64,000 nt of DNA from a virus (taxonomy: Duplodnaviria; Caudoviricetes). Below, one piece after another: positions 49,675-60,554 of the stretch (its first letter is position 1; the number at the start of each line of letters is the position of its first letter). The notes beneath the pieces were generated by a model, which was given only the letters and a program-made list of their open reading frames with translations, was not told the origin of the DNA and made no database searches. Location of the stretch: IMG/VR virus record IMGVR_UViG_3300000439_000004, positions 98,181-162,180 of that record; one strand, given 5' to 3'. Both the position numbers and the translations under genes were made by a program.

Positions 49675-50625
49675 ATGAAAGAAAGAATTTTAACGGAAAA
49701 TCCGGACAGGTTTGTATTGTTTCCCATTGAACATAATGATTTATGGGAATTTTATAAGAGTCACCAATCTGCATTTTGGACAGCGGAAGAAATTGATTTG
49801 AGTGGTGATATCAAAGATTGGGGTAAATTAACAGATAATGAAAAGTTTTTTATTAAAAATGTTTTATCATTCTTTGCAGCATCTGATGGAATTGTAAATG
49901 AAAACTTGGCAGAAAACTTCTATAAAGAAGTACAATATACAGAAGCTAAGTTTTTCTATGGTTTTCAAATTGCTATGGAAAATATACATTCCTTGATGTA
50001 TTCATTGTTGATTGATACTTATATCACCAATGAAAAAGAGAAAGACGAATGTTTTCATGCAATTGATAGATTACCCGCAGTTCAGAAGAAAGCAAAGTGG
50101 GCATTAGATTGGATTGAAAGTGCATCTTTTCAAGAAAGATTGGTAGCGTTTGCTGCAGTTGAGGGTATATTCTTCTCTGGATCTTTTTGTTCTATCTTTT
50201 GGTTAAAATCAAGAGGTATTATGCAAGGTTTATGTAATGCAAATACTTTGATTTTTAAGGATGAAAATTTACATTGTGATTTTGCAATTAATATTTTAAA
50301 TAATCACCTTGAAAATAAACCAAGTGAAGAAAGAATTAGACAGATTTTATTATCTGCTTTAGAGATAGAAAAAGAGTTCATTACAGAATCATTACCAGTA
50401 TCTTTGATAGGTATGAATGATAATTTAATGAAACAATATTTGGAGTTTGTTGTTGATGGTTTATTGGTAAAAATGGGTTGTAAGAAAGAATTTAACGTTG
50501 AACAACCATTTAAATTTATGGAACAAATTGCAATTGAAACAAAGGGTAATTTCTTTGAATCAAGAACGGTAGAATACCAAAAAGCAAAATTGGGAGAAAG
50601 TTTAACATTTACTGATGATTTTTAA
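49675..50625 (+). CDS. nrdB: Ribonucleotide reductase class Ia beta subunit
   Basis: [40 protein letters not shown]. Confidence 0.95.
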   Translation: MKERILTENPDRFVLFPIEHNDLWEFYKSHQSAFWTAEEIDLSGDIKDWGKLTDNEKFFIKNVLSFFAASDGIVNENLAENFYKEVQYTEAKFFYGFQIAMENIHSLMYSLLIDTYITNEKEKDECFHAIDRLPAVQKKAKWALDWIESASFQERLVAFAAVEGIFFSGSFCSIFWLKSRGIMQGLCNANTLIFKDENLHCDFAINILNNHLENKPSEERIRQILLSALEIEKEFITESLPVSLIGMNDNLMKQYLEFVVDGLLVKMGCKKEFNVEQPFKFMEQIAIETKGNFFESRTVEYQKAKLGESLTFTDDF

Positions 50626-50637
50626 TATTTATAATTT

Positions 50638-52221
50638 ATGTCACTAAGAATTAAGAAAAGAAGTGGGAGTGATGAGTCATTCAACCCACAAAAAATTTAC
50701 AACAGAATAAAGAAAGCATCTAAAGGATTAAATGTTAATTCAGATGAGATTTTCATAAAAGTTATCACATCTGTACCAACCGAAGGTCAGATAAAAACAA
50801 GAGAAATAGATAAATTGGTATATGAAATTGCAGCATCATACACTGGTAGCCATCACGATTATTCGAGATTGGCCGCCATAATTGCAATATCTTCTTATCA
50901 TAAAAAAACAAACCCAAGTTTTTCTGAGACAATGAAAACTCTATATGATGAGGGTGTTATAAATATTGAGTTAATAAACACAATTGAAAAGTATGGTGCG
51001 GATAAAATAGATTATATTATTAATCATGAAAATGATTATAATTTTGATTATTTTGCATGGAGATCATTGGCTGAAATGTATTTGTTAAAGAACTCAAAGG
51101 GTAAATTATCTGAAAGACCACAACATATGTATATGAGAGTGGCTTTGTGGGTAACAAAATCTTTTGAAGATGCTGTTGAATATTACAAATCATTATCAAC
51201 ACAATTAATATCTCCTGCAACACCAATTATGATCAATGCTGGTACTAAAGTTCCTCAACTTGCATCTTGTGTGTTGAAATATAATGAAGCAGATTCAAGA
51301 GAAGGTCTTTTGGGTACAATGAATGATATCTCAACATATTCATCTGATGCTGCTGGTATTGGTTTATGTATGTCAAATATCAGAAGTAAAGAAAGTAGAA
51401 TTTCATCATCAGGTGGTTATGCTGGTGGTCTTTTAAAATACCTTAAAATTATAAATGAATCATTAAGATTCTTTAACCAACAAGGTAGAAGACCTGGTAG
51501 TGCTGCAATATATCTTGAACCTTGGCATAAAGATATAATGGATCTTTTGGAGATTAAAAAGAACACAGGTGCGGAAGAGTTAAGGGCAAGGGATTTGTTT
51601 ACTGCATTATGGATACCTGACAACTTCATGGAGGCTGTTAAATCTGACTCTGATTGGTATTTATTCTGTCCAAATGACATCATTAAAAATGGTATTAAAC
51701 CATTACAAGATTCATATGGTGATGAATATTTGGAGAATTATAATAAGGCGGTAGAATTAGGTATTGGTAGGAAAGTTAAGGCACAAGATATATGGAATAA
51801 AATAATTGAGTCTCAGGTTGAAACTGGTGTACCTTATTTATGTTCTAAAGATAATGCTAATAAGAAAACAAATCATCAAAACTATGGTGTTATCAAACAA
51901 TCAAATCTCTGTTGTTTAACTGGAGATGTCCAATTAAACATCCAAAGAGAAAATGGTGATGTTGAAAATTTAACAATTAAAAACGTAATTGATTTAATTG
52001 AAACTTCGGAAAAATTAAAAGTAAAAAGTGAAAACGGTAAATTTGTTGATATATTAACCGGAAAATTAACTAAAAAAAATTCTGAAATTTTAGAAATAAT
52101 TGATGAAGAAACTGGAAAAAGTATAAAATGTACCCCAGATCATTTGATTTTCACTAAGAATCGTGGTTATATTAGAGCGGATGAATTAGTTGAAACGGAT
52201 GTTTTAGATGTGTACAAATAG
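50638..52221 (+). CDS. nrdA: NrdA fragment 1 (ATP cone to radical Cys) + split intein 1 N-half (51913-52218)
   Basis: ERPQ, SPATP, ASC, QGRRPG, QSNLC|CLTGD..CTPDHLIFT..DVLDVYK*. Confidence 0.93.
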   Translation: MSLRIKKRSGSDESFNPQKIYNRIKKASKGLNVNSDEIFIKVITSVPTEGQIKTREIDKLVYEIAASYTGSHHDYSRLAAIIAISSYHKKTNPSFSETMKTLYDEGVINIELINTIEKYGADKIDYIINHENDYNFDYFAWRSLAEMYLLKNSKGKLSERPQHMYMRVALWVTKSFEDAVEYYKSLSTQLISPATPIMINAGTKVPQLASCVLKYNEADSREGLLGTMNDISTYSSDAAGIGLCMSNIRSKESRISSSGGYAGGLLKYLKIINESLRFFNQQGRRPGSAAIYLEPWHKDIMDLLEIKKNTGAEELRARDLFTALWIPDNFMEAVKSDSDWYLFCPNDIIKNGIKPLQDSYGDEYLENYNKAVELGIGRKVKAQDIWNKIIESQVETGVPYLCSKDNANKKTNHQNYGVIKQSNLCCLTGDVQLNIQRENGDVENLTIKNVIDLIETSEKLKVKSENGKFVDILTGKLTKKNSEILEIIDEETGKSIKCTPDHLIFTKNRGYIRADELVETDVLDVYK

Positions 52222-52263
52222 TCGTTTACTCATTATTGATATATTTATATATGAACAATTTTT

Positions 52264-53436
52264 ATGAATTATTATGTGTATGTTTTATTGGATGATAGAT
52301 TTCCAGGTAATTATGATAATCCATATTATTCTGGAATCACTTTCAAACCGTTTTATGTTGGAAAGGGATTACATGAAACTAAAAATAAAATAAAAAGACA
52401 TTTGTTCCATTATGTTAAAAATCCGATATCATGCGATGGGGATGTTAATCCCAATAAATGCAGAACTGTAAAATTATTAAAAGAAAACAATTATGAACCA
52501 AATTATATAATTGTTTACGAAAGTGAAGATGAAAATTTAGTTTTGAATATTGAACGTGAATTAATAAAATTTTACGGTAAAAGTATTGATGGAGGTATTT
52601 TAACAAATATAACTGATGGTGGAACAGGAGGTGATATTTTAAAATTTATTCCCGATAAGAAAGATAAAATAAATAAAATTTTGTCAAAAAATTGGTCAGG
52701 AGAAAAAAATCCAAATTTTAAAAGGCCAATTGAAGAAAATTTTAGCCATTTACGTAAAATAAACAATAATCATTGGAATAAAGGTAAAATAATGAGCGAT
52801 GAGACTAAACGAAAAATAATTAAAACTAGAAAAGAAAAATTACCAATTGTTGAAATGATAGATATTAATACAAAAGAAATTTTAGATAGATTAACAACAA
52901 TCTCAGCAATTGAAAAATATAAATTAACACCGTCTAGACTTTATTCATGTTTAAAAAATGGGGGAACACATAAAAATTACCATTGGAAATTTGAAAATAA
53001 AGATTTAGTTATTTTAAAATCTTTTAGAAATGACTATATTAAACCTAAAATAAAAGAAAAAATTAACAAAAAAGTTTTTTTTAAAAAAAACATAAACGAC
53101 ACTGTTGAAGTTGAGTATAAAAACACCTCCGAAGCGTCCAAAGAACATGGATTTTGTGTTGAGTTTATTCGTAGGAAATGTAAAAAAAACACTAGTTATG
53201 ATAACATTTTTAGATATGAAAATAGCGAATATAAAATTGAAATACCTAAAGGGGTAAAAAAATCTGTTGTTAAAATAGATTCCAATGGTAACAGAACAGT
53301 ATTTCAAAGCGCGACAGAGGCATCTAAAAGTATTGAAAATGGTAATATTTCAGCAATAGTGTCTGTATGTAAAGGTAAAAGAAACACTTATAAAAAATAT
53401 AAATTTGAATATTTAAAAAATGATAAAAATAAATAA
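52264..53436 (+). CDS. GIY-YIG homing endonuclease with NUMOD3/NUMOD1 domains, in nrdA break 1
   Basis: YYVYVL..PFYVGKG..LTNITDGG. Confidence 0.85.
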   Translation: MNYYVYVLLDDRFPGNYDNPYYSGITFKPFYVGKGLHETKNKIKRHLFHYVKNPISCDGDVNPNKCRTVKLLKENNYEPNYIIVYESEDENLVLNIERELIKFYGKSIDGGILTNITDGGTGGDILKFIPDKKDKINKILSKNWSGEKNPNFKRPIEENFSHLRKINNNHWNKGKIMSDETKRKIIKTRKEKLPIVEMIDINTKEILDRLTTISAIEKYKLTPSRLYSCLKNGGTHKNYHWKFENKDLVILKSFRNDYIKPKIKEKINKKVFFKKNINDTVEVEYKNTSEASKEHGFCVEFIRRKCKKNTSYDNIFRYENSEYKIEIPKGVKKSVVKIDSNGNRTVFQSATEASKSIENGNISAIVSVCKGKRNTYKKYKFEYLKNDKNK

Positions 53437-54400
53437 ATTAATTAAAAAAGAAGACGTATATGATATACAAGTACCAGAAACGGAATGTTTTTATGGTAAT
53501 GATATATTGGTACATAATTGTGAGATTTATCAATATACTGATTCTGAAACAACTGCAATCTGTACATTATCTTCTATTGTTTTAAAGAACTTTATTGTTG
53601 ATGGTAAATTTGATTTCCAACTATTGTATAAAGAAGTAAGGAAAGTAGTTAATGCACTTAATAAAGTAATTGATATCAATAGTTATTCTACTCAAAAAGG
53701 TAGAAAGGGTGGATTAGAACAAAGAGCAATTGCAATTGGTACTCAAGGATTAGCAGATGTATTTTATTTGTTAGATTATATTTTCACATCAGAGGAGGCA
53801 AAAAAATTAAATAAACAAATATTTGAAACAATATATTTTGCGGCAATTACTGAAAGTAATGATCTTTGTAAAACTGGTAAATATTTGAATTATGAAGGTT
53901 TTGATGGTTCACCAATGTCAAAAGGTATTTTCCAATTTGATATGTGGGATAATGTTGAACTATCAGGTTTATGGGATTGGAACACATTAAAAGAAGATGT
54001 TAAAACATATGGTGTTTGTAATAGTTTAGTTACGGCACAAATGCCAGTAGCTTGTCAAACATCTGATACAAAGGTAATAACTGAAAAGGGTGTTTTAAGT
54101 TTTAAAGAGATTTGTGAATTAAATGATATAGATGTTGATAACATTGAAAAAAATGAAAATGGTGGTGTTTGGTATAATTTTAAAACTCCAATTTTAATAA
54201 AAACCTTAAATGGATATTCAATATCGGATAAAATTTATTACAACGGTTACTCTGAAATTATTAATATAGAAATGGAAGACGGTACTATTTTTAAATGTAG
54301 TCCGGAACATAAATTTTTAATTAATAGAAATAATGAAAACATATGGGTTAAAGTTAAAGATTTAAATGAAAATGATGACATAATTAATATAAACGAATAA
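53420..54400 (+). CDS. nrdA: Split intein 1 C-half (53420-53518) + NrdA fragment 2 + split intein 2 N-half (54053-54397)
   Basis: VYDIQV..ILVHN|CEIYQ..AICTLSS..RAIAIGTQGLAD..AQMPVA|CQTSDT..CSPEHKF..DLNENDDI*. Confidence 0.93.
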   Translation: MIKINKLIKKEDVYDIQVPETECFYGNDILVHNCEIYQYTDSETTAICTLSSIVLKNFIVDGKFDFQLLYKEVRKVVNALNKVIDINSYSTQKGRKGGLEQRAIAIGTQGLADVFYLLDYIFTSEEAKKLNKQIFETIYFAAITESNDLCKTGKYLNYEGFDGSPMSKGIFQFDMWDNVELSGLWDWNTLKEDVKTYGVCNSLVTAQMPVACQTSDTKVITEKGVLSFKEICELNDIDVDNIEKNENGGVWYNFKTPILIKTLNGYSISDKIYYNGYSEIINIEMEDGTIFKCSPEHKFLINRNNENIWVKVKDLNENDDIININE

Positions 54401-54459
54401 TATCTGTCATTTACGTGTTAAAAAAAAATAAAATAACATATTTATAAAAAACAATTAAT

Positions 54460-55944
54460 ATGAATATGTTATTTTTCAACAATACCAAAATTAAAACTAA
54501 AAACAGTATTATTTTTTTTATGTTAAATTTAGATGAAAACGTTATAAAAATTAATGGAGATGAAAGTTTTTTATTTAAAATATTAGAAATTAGCGATGAA
54601 AAAATTAAACCATTTGAAATAATTGATATTTTTATTAAAAACAAAAAACAAATTAGAAGTGTTATAAAATACATTGAAAATAATAAAACAAATATCGATA
54701 TTGATAGAATGGTTAAATTTTTAAATTATAAAATGATGAATTTAAATGATTCTAACAGTAAAACATTTTTATGTTTAATGTATGGAGATGAAATTGGCAA
54801 TGAAAAATTTAAAAATAATCAAAAACAATTTTCAAAATACTATGATAAAAATTATTATATTAATCTAGGATTTACTGAAGAAGAAGCTTTGGAAAAAATA
54901 TTTTCTTATAAAACTAAAAAATCAACTACTAAAATTAATTTTATAAAAAAATACGGCGAAAAAGAAGGTATTCAGAAATATGACGATTATGTTAATAAAA
55001 GTAAAAACACTATAGAAAATTTTAAAATAAGATATGGAAGTGAATGGTTAGAAAAATGGGAAAATTACATTAAAAAAGATTCATCATCCCTTTCTTGGGC
55101 GTTGAAAAAATCAAATGGAGATGTTGAAAAATCAAAACAAATATTTGATGAAAAAAATAAAAAAACAACAATTAATTTAAATTTTTTCAAAAAAAAATAT
55201 GGTGACAATATATACATTGAAAAATATATCGAAAATAATCTTAAAAAAGACAATTCAAGTTTAAATTATTTTTTAAAAAAATATGACGATTTAGAAAAAA
55301 GTTTAAAAGAGTATAAAATTAAAAATCAAAAAAAAGATTCTAATAGTTTGGATTTTTTTAAAAAAAAGTATGACGAAAATGGTGAATTATTGTATAAAGA
55401 AAAATGTAAATTATCGGATAATAAATCTTTAGGTTATTTTATTAAAAAAGAAAACGATTACGAAAAAGGTTTTAAAAAATATCAAGAGACTAAAGAAAAA
55501 TTATTTGTTAAAATCTTAAAGGCAAGTAAAAGTAGTTTAAGACATTTTAAACCATTATATGATTTTTTAATTGAAAATAATTATGACGATGTTTATTTAG
55601 GTGTGGAAAATAATAAAGAATATTTTATTAAAGATAAAAAAAACATTTATTTCTATGATTTTACCTTAAAAAACAAAAAAATAATTATAGAATATAATGG
55701 TAGTTATTGGCATCCTAATTGGGAGAAACATGAGATTAACGAATCAATAAAAAAATTCAAAAATAAAATTGTTGACCCAATTAAAGTAATAAATAAAGAT
55801 AAAGAAAAAATTAATATTGCAATAAATAATGGTTTTGAAGTTTTAATATTATGGGAAGAAGATGGGTTTTATTTTAATGAAGAAAAATTAAAAAATTTTT
55901 TAAATAAAAAAGGTATAAATTATGAAAATAAAAAAAATTACTAA
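54460..55944 (+). CDS. Vsr/PD-(D/E)xK-like endonuclease with helical KKYG repeats, in nrdA break 2
   Basis: FYDF..IIIEYNGSYWH..GFEVLILWE. Confidence 0.8.
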   Translation: MNMLFFNNTKIKTKNSIIFFMLNLDENVIKINGDESFLFKILEISDEKIKPFEIIDIFIKNKKQIRSVIKYIENNKTNIDIDRMVKFLNYKMMNLNDSNSKTFLCLMYGDEIGNEKFKNNQKQFSKYYDKNYYINLGFTEEEALEKIFSYKTKKSTTKINFIKKYGEKEGIQKYDDYVNKSKNTIENFKIRYGSEWLEKWENYIKKDSSSLSWALKKSNGDVEKSKQIFDEKNKKTTINLNFFKKKYGDNIYIEKYIENNLKKDNSSLNYFLKKYDDLEKSLKEYKIKNQKKDSNSLDFFKKKYDENGELLYKEKCKLSDNKSLGYFIKKENDYEKGFKKYQETKEKLFVKILKASKSSLRHFKPLYDFLIENNYDDVYLGVENNKEYFIKDKKNIYFYDFTLKNKKIIIEYNGSYWHPNWEKHEINESIKKFKNKIVDPIKVINKDKEKINIAINNGFEVLILWEEDGFYFNEEKLKNFLNKKGINYENKKNY

Positions 55945-56629
55945 ATCAATTCTAAAAGAACCCGTATGGGATATTGAAGTTGAAAATGATCACCATTACA
56001 TAACTGAAAATGGTTGTGTTAGTCACAATAGTTCTGCTAAAATCACAGGTTCATTTGAGATGACAGAACCTGCACACTCTGCATTATTTAACAGAAGAGT
56101 AGTTGGTGGTGAGATATTGATTGTTAACAAATATTTGATTAATGATTTTGAAAAACTTGGTATTTGGTCTGAAGAATTAAAGAATGAGATTATTATGAAT
56201 GATGGTTCTATTCAAAATATTAATTTTAATAATTATTTGGATAAAGAAGAAAAGAATTATACTAAAAAAATTCAAAGAATTGAACATTTGATTTTAAAAT
56301 ATAAAACAATTTGGGAAATTTCACAGAAAGAATTGATTAATATGTCAGCAGATAGAGGACCATTTATTGATCAGTCTCAGTCAATGAACATATATATGTC
56401 AAACCCAACATTATCAAAAATTTCATCTTCACATTTTTATTCATGGGAGAGGGGTCTTAAAACATTATGTTATTATGTTAGAACAAAGGCGATATCAACG
56501 GGAGCAAAACACTTGGCGTTAGATACAACAAAAATTCAACAAACTAAGACCGATAAACCTAAAGTAGATTATGTTGAAACAACTAAACCAACAGATTCTA
56601 TATTTGAATGTGTAGGTTGTAGTTCATAA
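55922..56629 (+). CDS. nrdA: Split intein 2 C-half (55922-56029) + NrdA fragment 3
   Basis: VWDIEV..VSHN|SSAKITG..IDQSQSMN..GLKTLCYYVR..ECVGCSS. Confidence 0.93.
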   Translation: MKIKKITKSILKEPVWDIEVENDHHYITENGCVSHNSSAKITGSFEMTEPAHSALFNRRVVGGEILIVNKYLINDFEKLGIWSEELKNEIIMNDGSIQNINFNNYLDKEEKNYTKKIQRIEHLILKYKTIWEISQKELINMSADRGPFIDQSQSMNIYMSNPTLSKISSSHFYSWERGLKTLCYYVRTKAISTGAKHLALDTTKIQQTKTDKPKVDYVETTKPTDSIFECVGCSS

Positions 56630-56665
56630 AAAAAATCCCAATATTAAAAGTATTGGGATTTTTTA
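56630..56665 (+). terminator. Intrinsic terminator
   Basis: aaaaatcccaata-ttaaaag-tattgggattttt. Confidence 0.8.
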
Positions 56666-56767
56666 TTTATTAGATTCAGAAAATATAGTCAAATTTCCCA
56701 CAGAACCAATTTTTTCACAATTTAATTTATATTTATGTAAATAAGTAATAAGTTATTTATATAAAAT

Positions 56768-58012
56768 ATGAAAACATACTCAATTAGATTATTTCCAACT
56801 CAAGAACAAATATTACAACTTAACCAGTTGTCGAATATTAGAATGGATGTATGGAATACTCTTATTGATATTCAACAAAAATATTACGAAATAAATAAAA
56901 AAATATATTCAAAATTCGAATTAATTAATCTTCTTCCAAAATTAAAAAATGTAACAAAACCAGAATGGAAATTACTTAACGCAAAGGCAATACAAACAAT
57001 TGCAACCGAAGTCTCCCAATCATATCAATCATTCTTTACCCTAATTAAAAAAGATAATACAGCAAAACCGCCTAAACAAAAAGAATTAGGAAGATATCAT
57101 ACCTTAGTTTTTAACCAATCAGGTTGGGTATTTAAAGATAATAAAATACAAATAAATAAAATATTATTTAACTATAAATCTAACCTAACTAATGTATCAG
57201 AATTAAATATTAAACAAATTTGTGTTAAATTTAATAATAATAATAATAAATGGTTATGTGATATTGTGATTAACGACACAATATCATATAATGATAATGT
57301 TATAATTAATACTAAGGTATTGGCGTTTGATTTGGGATTAAAAAATTTAGGAACTGGTGTGGATAATAAAGGTAATGTATTTATCTTAAAGAATAAAGCT
57401 AAAAAGATTAATCAGTATTTTGGTAAACAAATTAATGAAATTAAATCTAAATTAAGTAAAAAAGAAAAAGGAAGTAAAAATTACAATAAACTAAATAAGG
57501 TTAAGAAAAAATTATATTCTAAAAAAAATACTCAAATAAAAGAAACTCTACATATTCAGAGTAAACAATTAGTGAATATGAACTACAAAACAATTGTAGT
57601 AGGTGAATTAACAATTAAATCTTTAATGTCAATAGAAGGTATTAATAAGAATAAAAAAAGTATTAGAAAATCATTTAATGAATCTAATATTAATATGTTC
57701 TTAGAATTTCTTAAATATAAATTACAAAATAAACAATGTGATTTAATTAAGATAAATGAAAGAAATACAACACAACTTAATTCTTTAACAGGAAAAATAT
57801 TTAAGAATAAGGTAGAATTAAAAGATAGAATTGTTAAATTAAGTGATAAAGTCGAAATAGATAGAGATTTAAATTCGGCTATTAATATTTTGAAAAGATA
57901 TTATGACAATCACCTTGCTTCTATGACAGAGCCATTAGATTATACTAATGTAATTATGAACTTTAATGTTTGTAATAACCATTCCTCAATTGGTAATTTT
58001 ATTGTTTTTTAG
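56768..58012 (+). mobile_element. tnpB: Solo IS200/IS605-family TnpB RNA-guided nuclease
   Basis: YSIRLFPTQEQ; RuvC residues AFDLG, VGEL, DRDLNSAINI; no tnpA adjacent. Confidence 0.88.
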
Positions 58013-58065
58013 ACAATGATAGGATGTCATTTATTACCATTTTGATATTTACTATATTTATGAAT

Positions 58066-58518
58066 ATGGCAGTAACATATGGTGTAGATTTTCCATTTAG
58101 AGATAGTTTTAAAGGACATTTTGTACAAATGACAGAAAGTCCTGAAAGAGAAGTTCGTGCTGATTTAATTCATTTAATATTAACAAGAAAAGGTAGTAGA
58201 TATTATTTACCCGATTTTGGTACTAGATTATATGAATTTATATTTGAACCAAATGACCAAACTACTTGGGATTTAATTGAAACAGAAATTAGGGAAGCGG
58301 TAAAAAATTATATCCCAAATTTAGATATTAATTCAATAACAGTAACATCTGCAGAAGATGATCCAAATAATCAAGTAACATCAAATATACTTGAAGATGA
58401 AAGATTATTTAGAGTATCAGATGCGTCCACAGAACCATATACCGCAGTAGTAAAAATAGATTATACTGTAAATAATGGAGCATTTTCATCTTCCGATTTT
58501 ATAATTATCAATATATAA
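58066..58518 (+). CDS. Baseplate wedge protein (gp25-like)
   Basis: LTRKGSRYYLPDFGTRLYEFIFEP. Confidence 0.88.
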   Translation: MAVTYGVDFPFRDSFKGHFVQMTESPEREVRADLIHLILTRKGSRYYLPDFGTRLYEFIFEPNDQTTWDLIETEIREAVKNYIPNLDINSITVTSAEDDPNNQVTSNILEDERLFRVSDASTEPYTAVVKIDYTVNNGAFSSSDFIIINI

Positions 58519-58521
58519 ACC

Positions 58522-60354
58522 ATGAGTAAAAAAATATCATACGCAGTTCGTGATTTTGCGGGATTAAGACAAGAATTAGTTAACTTAACAACAGATTATT
58601 ACCCAAATTTAGTGGGTAATACTAATGATGCTTCAATATATTCAGTATTATTGGATTTAAATGCCGCAGTTGCGGATAATTTACATTTTCATATTGATAG
58701 GGTTTGGCAAGAAACAATGTTGGATTTTGCACAACAAACACAATCATTATTTCACATTGCAAAAACATATGGAATAAGAATACCAGGTTTAAGACCTTCA
58801 GTTGCCTTATGTGATTTTTCAATTAATGTTCCTGTTAGAGGAGATAAAGAAGACGGTAGATATTTGGGTGTATTAAAAACAGGTGCACAAGTTTCTGGTG
58901 GTGGACAAATATTCGAAACAATTAATGATATTGATTTTTCAAATCCATTTAATGATAGGGGTGAATCAAATCGTTTAAAGATACCAAATTTTGATAACAA
59001 TAATAAATTAATATCATATACTATTACTAAAAGAGAACCGGTTGTTAATGGTATTACAAAAATTTATAGAAGAGTAATTACAAATTTAGATCAAAAACCA
59101 TTTTTAAAACTATATTTACCTGAACAAAATGTATTAGGTGTTACTTCTGTTATACATAAGGAAGGTACATCATTTAATGCTGACCCAACATCATCAGAAT
59201 TTTATTCTTCACAAAACAAATGGTATGAAGTTAAGACAATGATACAAGATAAAGTATTTGTACCTGATCCAACATCTGCATCAGATACACAAAATTTTAA
59301 ATCTGGTGTTTATTTACCTGTTACAAATAAATTTGTTACAGAATATACCCCACAGGGTTATTTTTCTTTAACATTTGGTTCTGGTTCTGTTGACCCATTA
59401 TCTAATTTAGATGATTATATGACAGGAAATATGAGAGTTTCCTTGGGTTCATATCTTAATAATTTATCATTAGGTGCAACACCAAAAGTAGGAACGACAT
59501 TATTTGTTCAATATAGAATTGGTGGTGGTAAAGATTCTAATTTAGGTGTTAATGTTATAACTAGTGTGGACGATATTGACTTTGCGGTACAAGGACCAAA
59601 TTCAAGTGTTAATGATCAAGTCACACAATCATTAAATGTAACAAATGTAACACCAGCAGTAGGGGGTGCTGACCAACCAACAGTTGAAGAAATGAGAAAT
59701 ATGGTTGCATATAATTTTGCTGCACAAGACAGGGCAGTAACATTAAATGATTATAAAACACTAATAGAAACAATGCCATCAACATTTGGTGCTCCTGCTA
59801 AGGTAAATGTAATGGAAGTTGATAATAAGATTCAAATTAAATTATTATCATATGATGAATTAGGTAATTTAACTGATGTCGTTTCAAACACATTAAAAAA
59901 TAATATTTTAACATACCTTTCTGAATATAGAATGATAAATGATTATTTGGATATTGTTAGTGGTGAAGTAATTGATTTAGGTTTACAAATTGACTTAATA
60001 ATAGACAAAAACTCAAATCAAACTGATATTGTTAGAACATGTATTAATGATACAATAACTTATTTCGATATTACAAAAAGAAAAATGGGTGACCCATTAT
60101 TTGTTGGTGATTTAATTAGACAATTAGGTAGTGTTAATGGTGTGGTTAATGTGGTTGATGTTAGAGTTTATAATTTAATTGGTGGTAATTATTCTACATC
60201 TCAAGTTGCACAAGATTTTGTTGACTCTATAACAATGGAAATTCAACAACAAGATATGACTATTTTTATGAAGTCAAATCAAATATTTCAAATTAGAATA
60301 CCAAATACCGATATAAAAGTTAGGTTAAAAACTTTAGGAACGACTACATATTGA
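58522..60354 (+). CDS. Baseplate wedge protein (gp6/J-like)
   Basis: RDFAGLRQEL, YRIGGG, GGAD, QDRAVTLNDY. Confidence 0.88.
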   Translation: MSKKISYAVRDFAGLRQELVNLTTDYYPNLVGNTNDASIYSVLLDLNAAVADNLHFHIDRVWQETMLDFAQQTQSLFHIAKTYGIRIPGLRPSVALCDFSINVPVRGDKEDGRYLGVLKTGAQVSGGGQIFETINDIDFSNPFNDRGESNRLKIPNFDNNNKLISYTITKREPVVNGITKIYRRVITNLDQKPFLKLYLPEQNVLGVTSVIHKEGTSFNADPTSSEFYSSQNKWYEVKTMIQDKVFVPDPTSASDTQNFKSGVYLPVTNKFVTEYTPQGYFSLTFGSGSVDPLSNLDDYMTGNMRVSLGSYLNNLSLGATPKVGTTLFVQYRIGGGKDSNLGVNVITSVDDIDFAVQGPNSSVNDQVTQSLNVTNVTPAVGGADQPTVEEMRNMVAYNFAAQDRAVTLNDYKTLIETMPSTFGAPAKVNVMEVDNKIQIKLLSYDELGNLTDVVSNTLKNNILTYLSEYRMINDYLDIVSGEVIDLGLQIDLIIDKNSNQTDIVRTCINDTITYFDITKRKMGDPLFVGDLIRQLGSVNGVVNVVDVRVYNLIGGNYSTSQVAQDFVDSITMEIQQQDMTIFMKSNQIFQIRIPNTDIKVRLKTLGTTTY

Positions 60355-60410
60355 TCTTAAAATTATTTATATTAAAATTAGAAAATTAATTTTTTTCTAT
60401 TTATATAAAT

Positions 60411-60524
60411 ATGGGTATACAAAAACATAGAATTTACACCAATATTGGTGTAGATCAAAATATTACCGTAGAACTAAAACAAAATTTCGACATTCTTGAA
60501 ATTTTAAGTTTAAACAGACATTAG
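60411..60524 (+). pseudogene. Truncated relic 5' end of the gene at 61432
   Basis: MGIQKHRIYTNIGVDQNITVELKQNFDILEILSLNRH* versus MNKYRISTNIGKDQFLTINLENSYDLLEILSLKISQ. Confidence 0.85.
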
Positions 60525-60554
60525 GTTTTTTTGAAATTTTATATATTTATAATT

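Noticed and set aside
52219-52263. Stop-codon reassignment or readthrough joining NrdA1 to the in-frame endonuclease
   Set aside because: TAG is followed by two in-frame TGA codons, IntC1 is in another frame, and long genes are intact in code 11 with TAG, TGA and TAA all used as stops
52222-55944. Group I introns explaining the nrdA breaks
   Set aside because: The non-coding gaps are only 42 and 59 nt and the endonuclease ends overlap the next ORF, leaving no room for a ribozyme core; the intein halves fully explain the junctions
56768-58012. Cas12f-type CRISPR effector
   Set aside because: There is no adjacent array, and the N-terminus and right end look like IS605 TnpB
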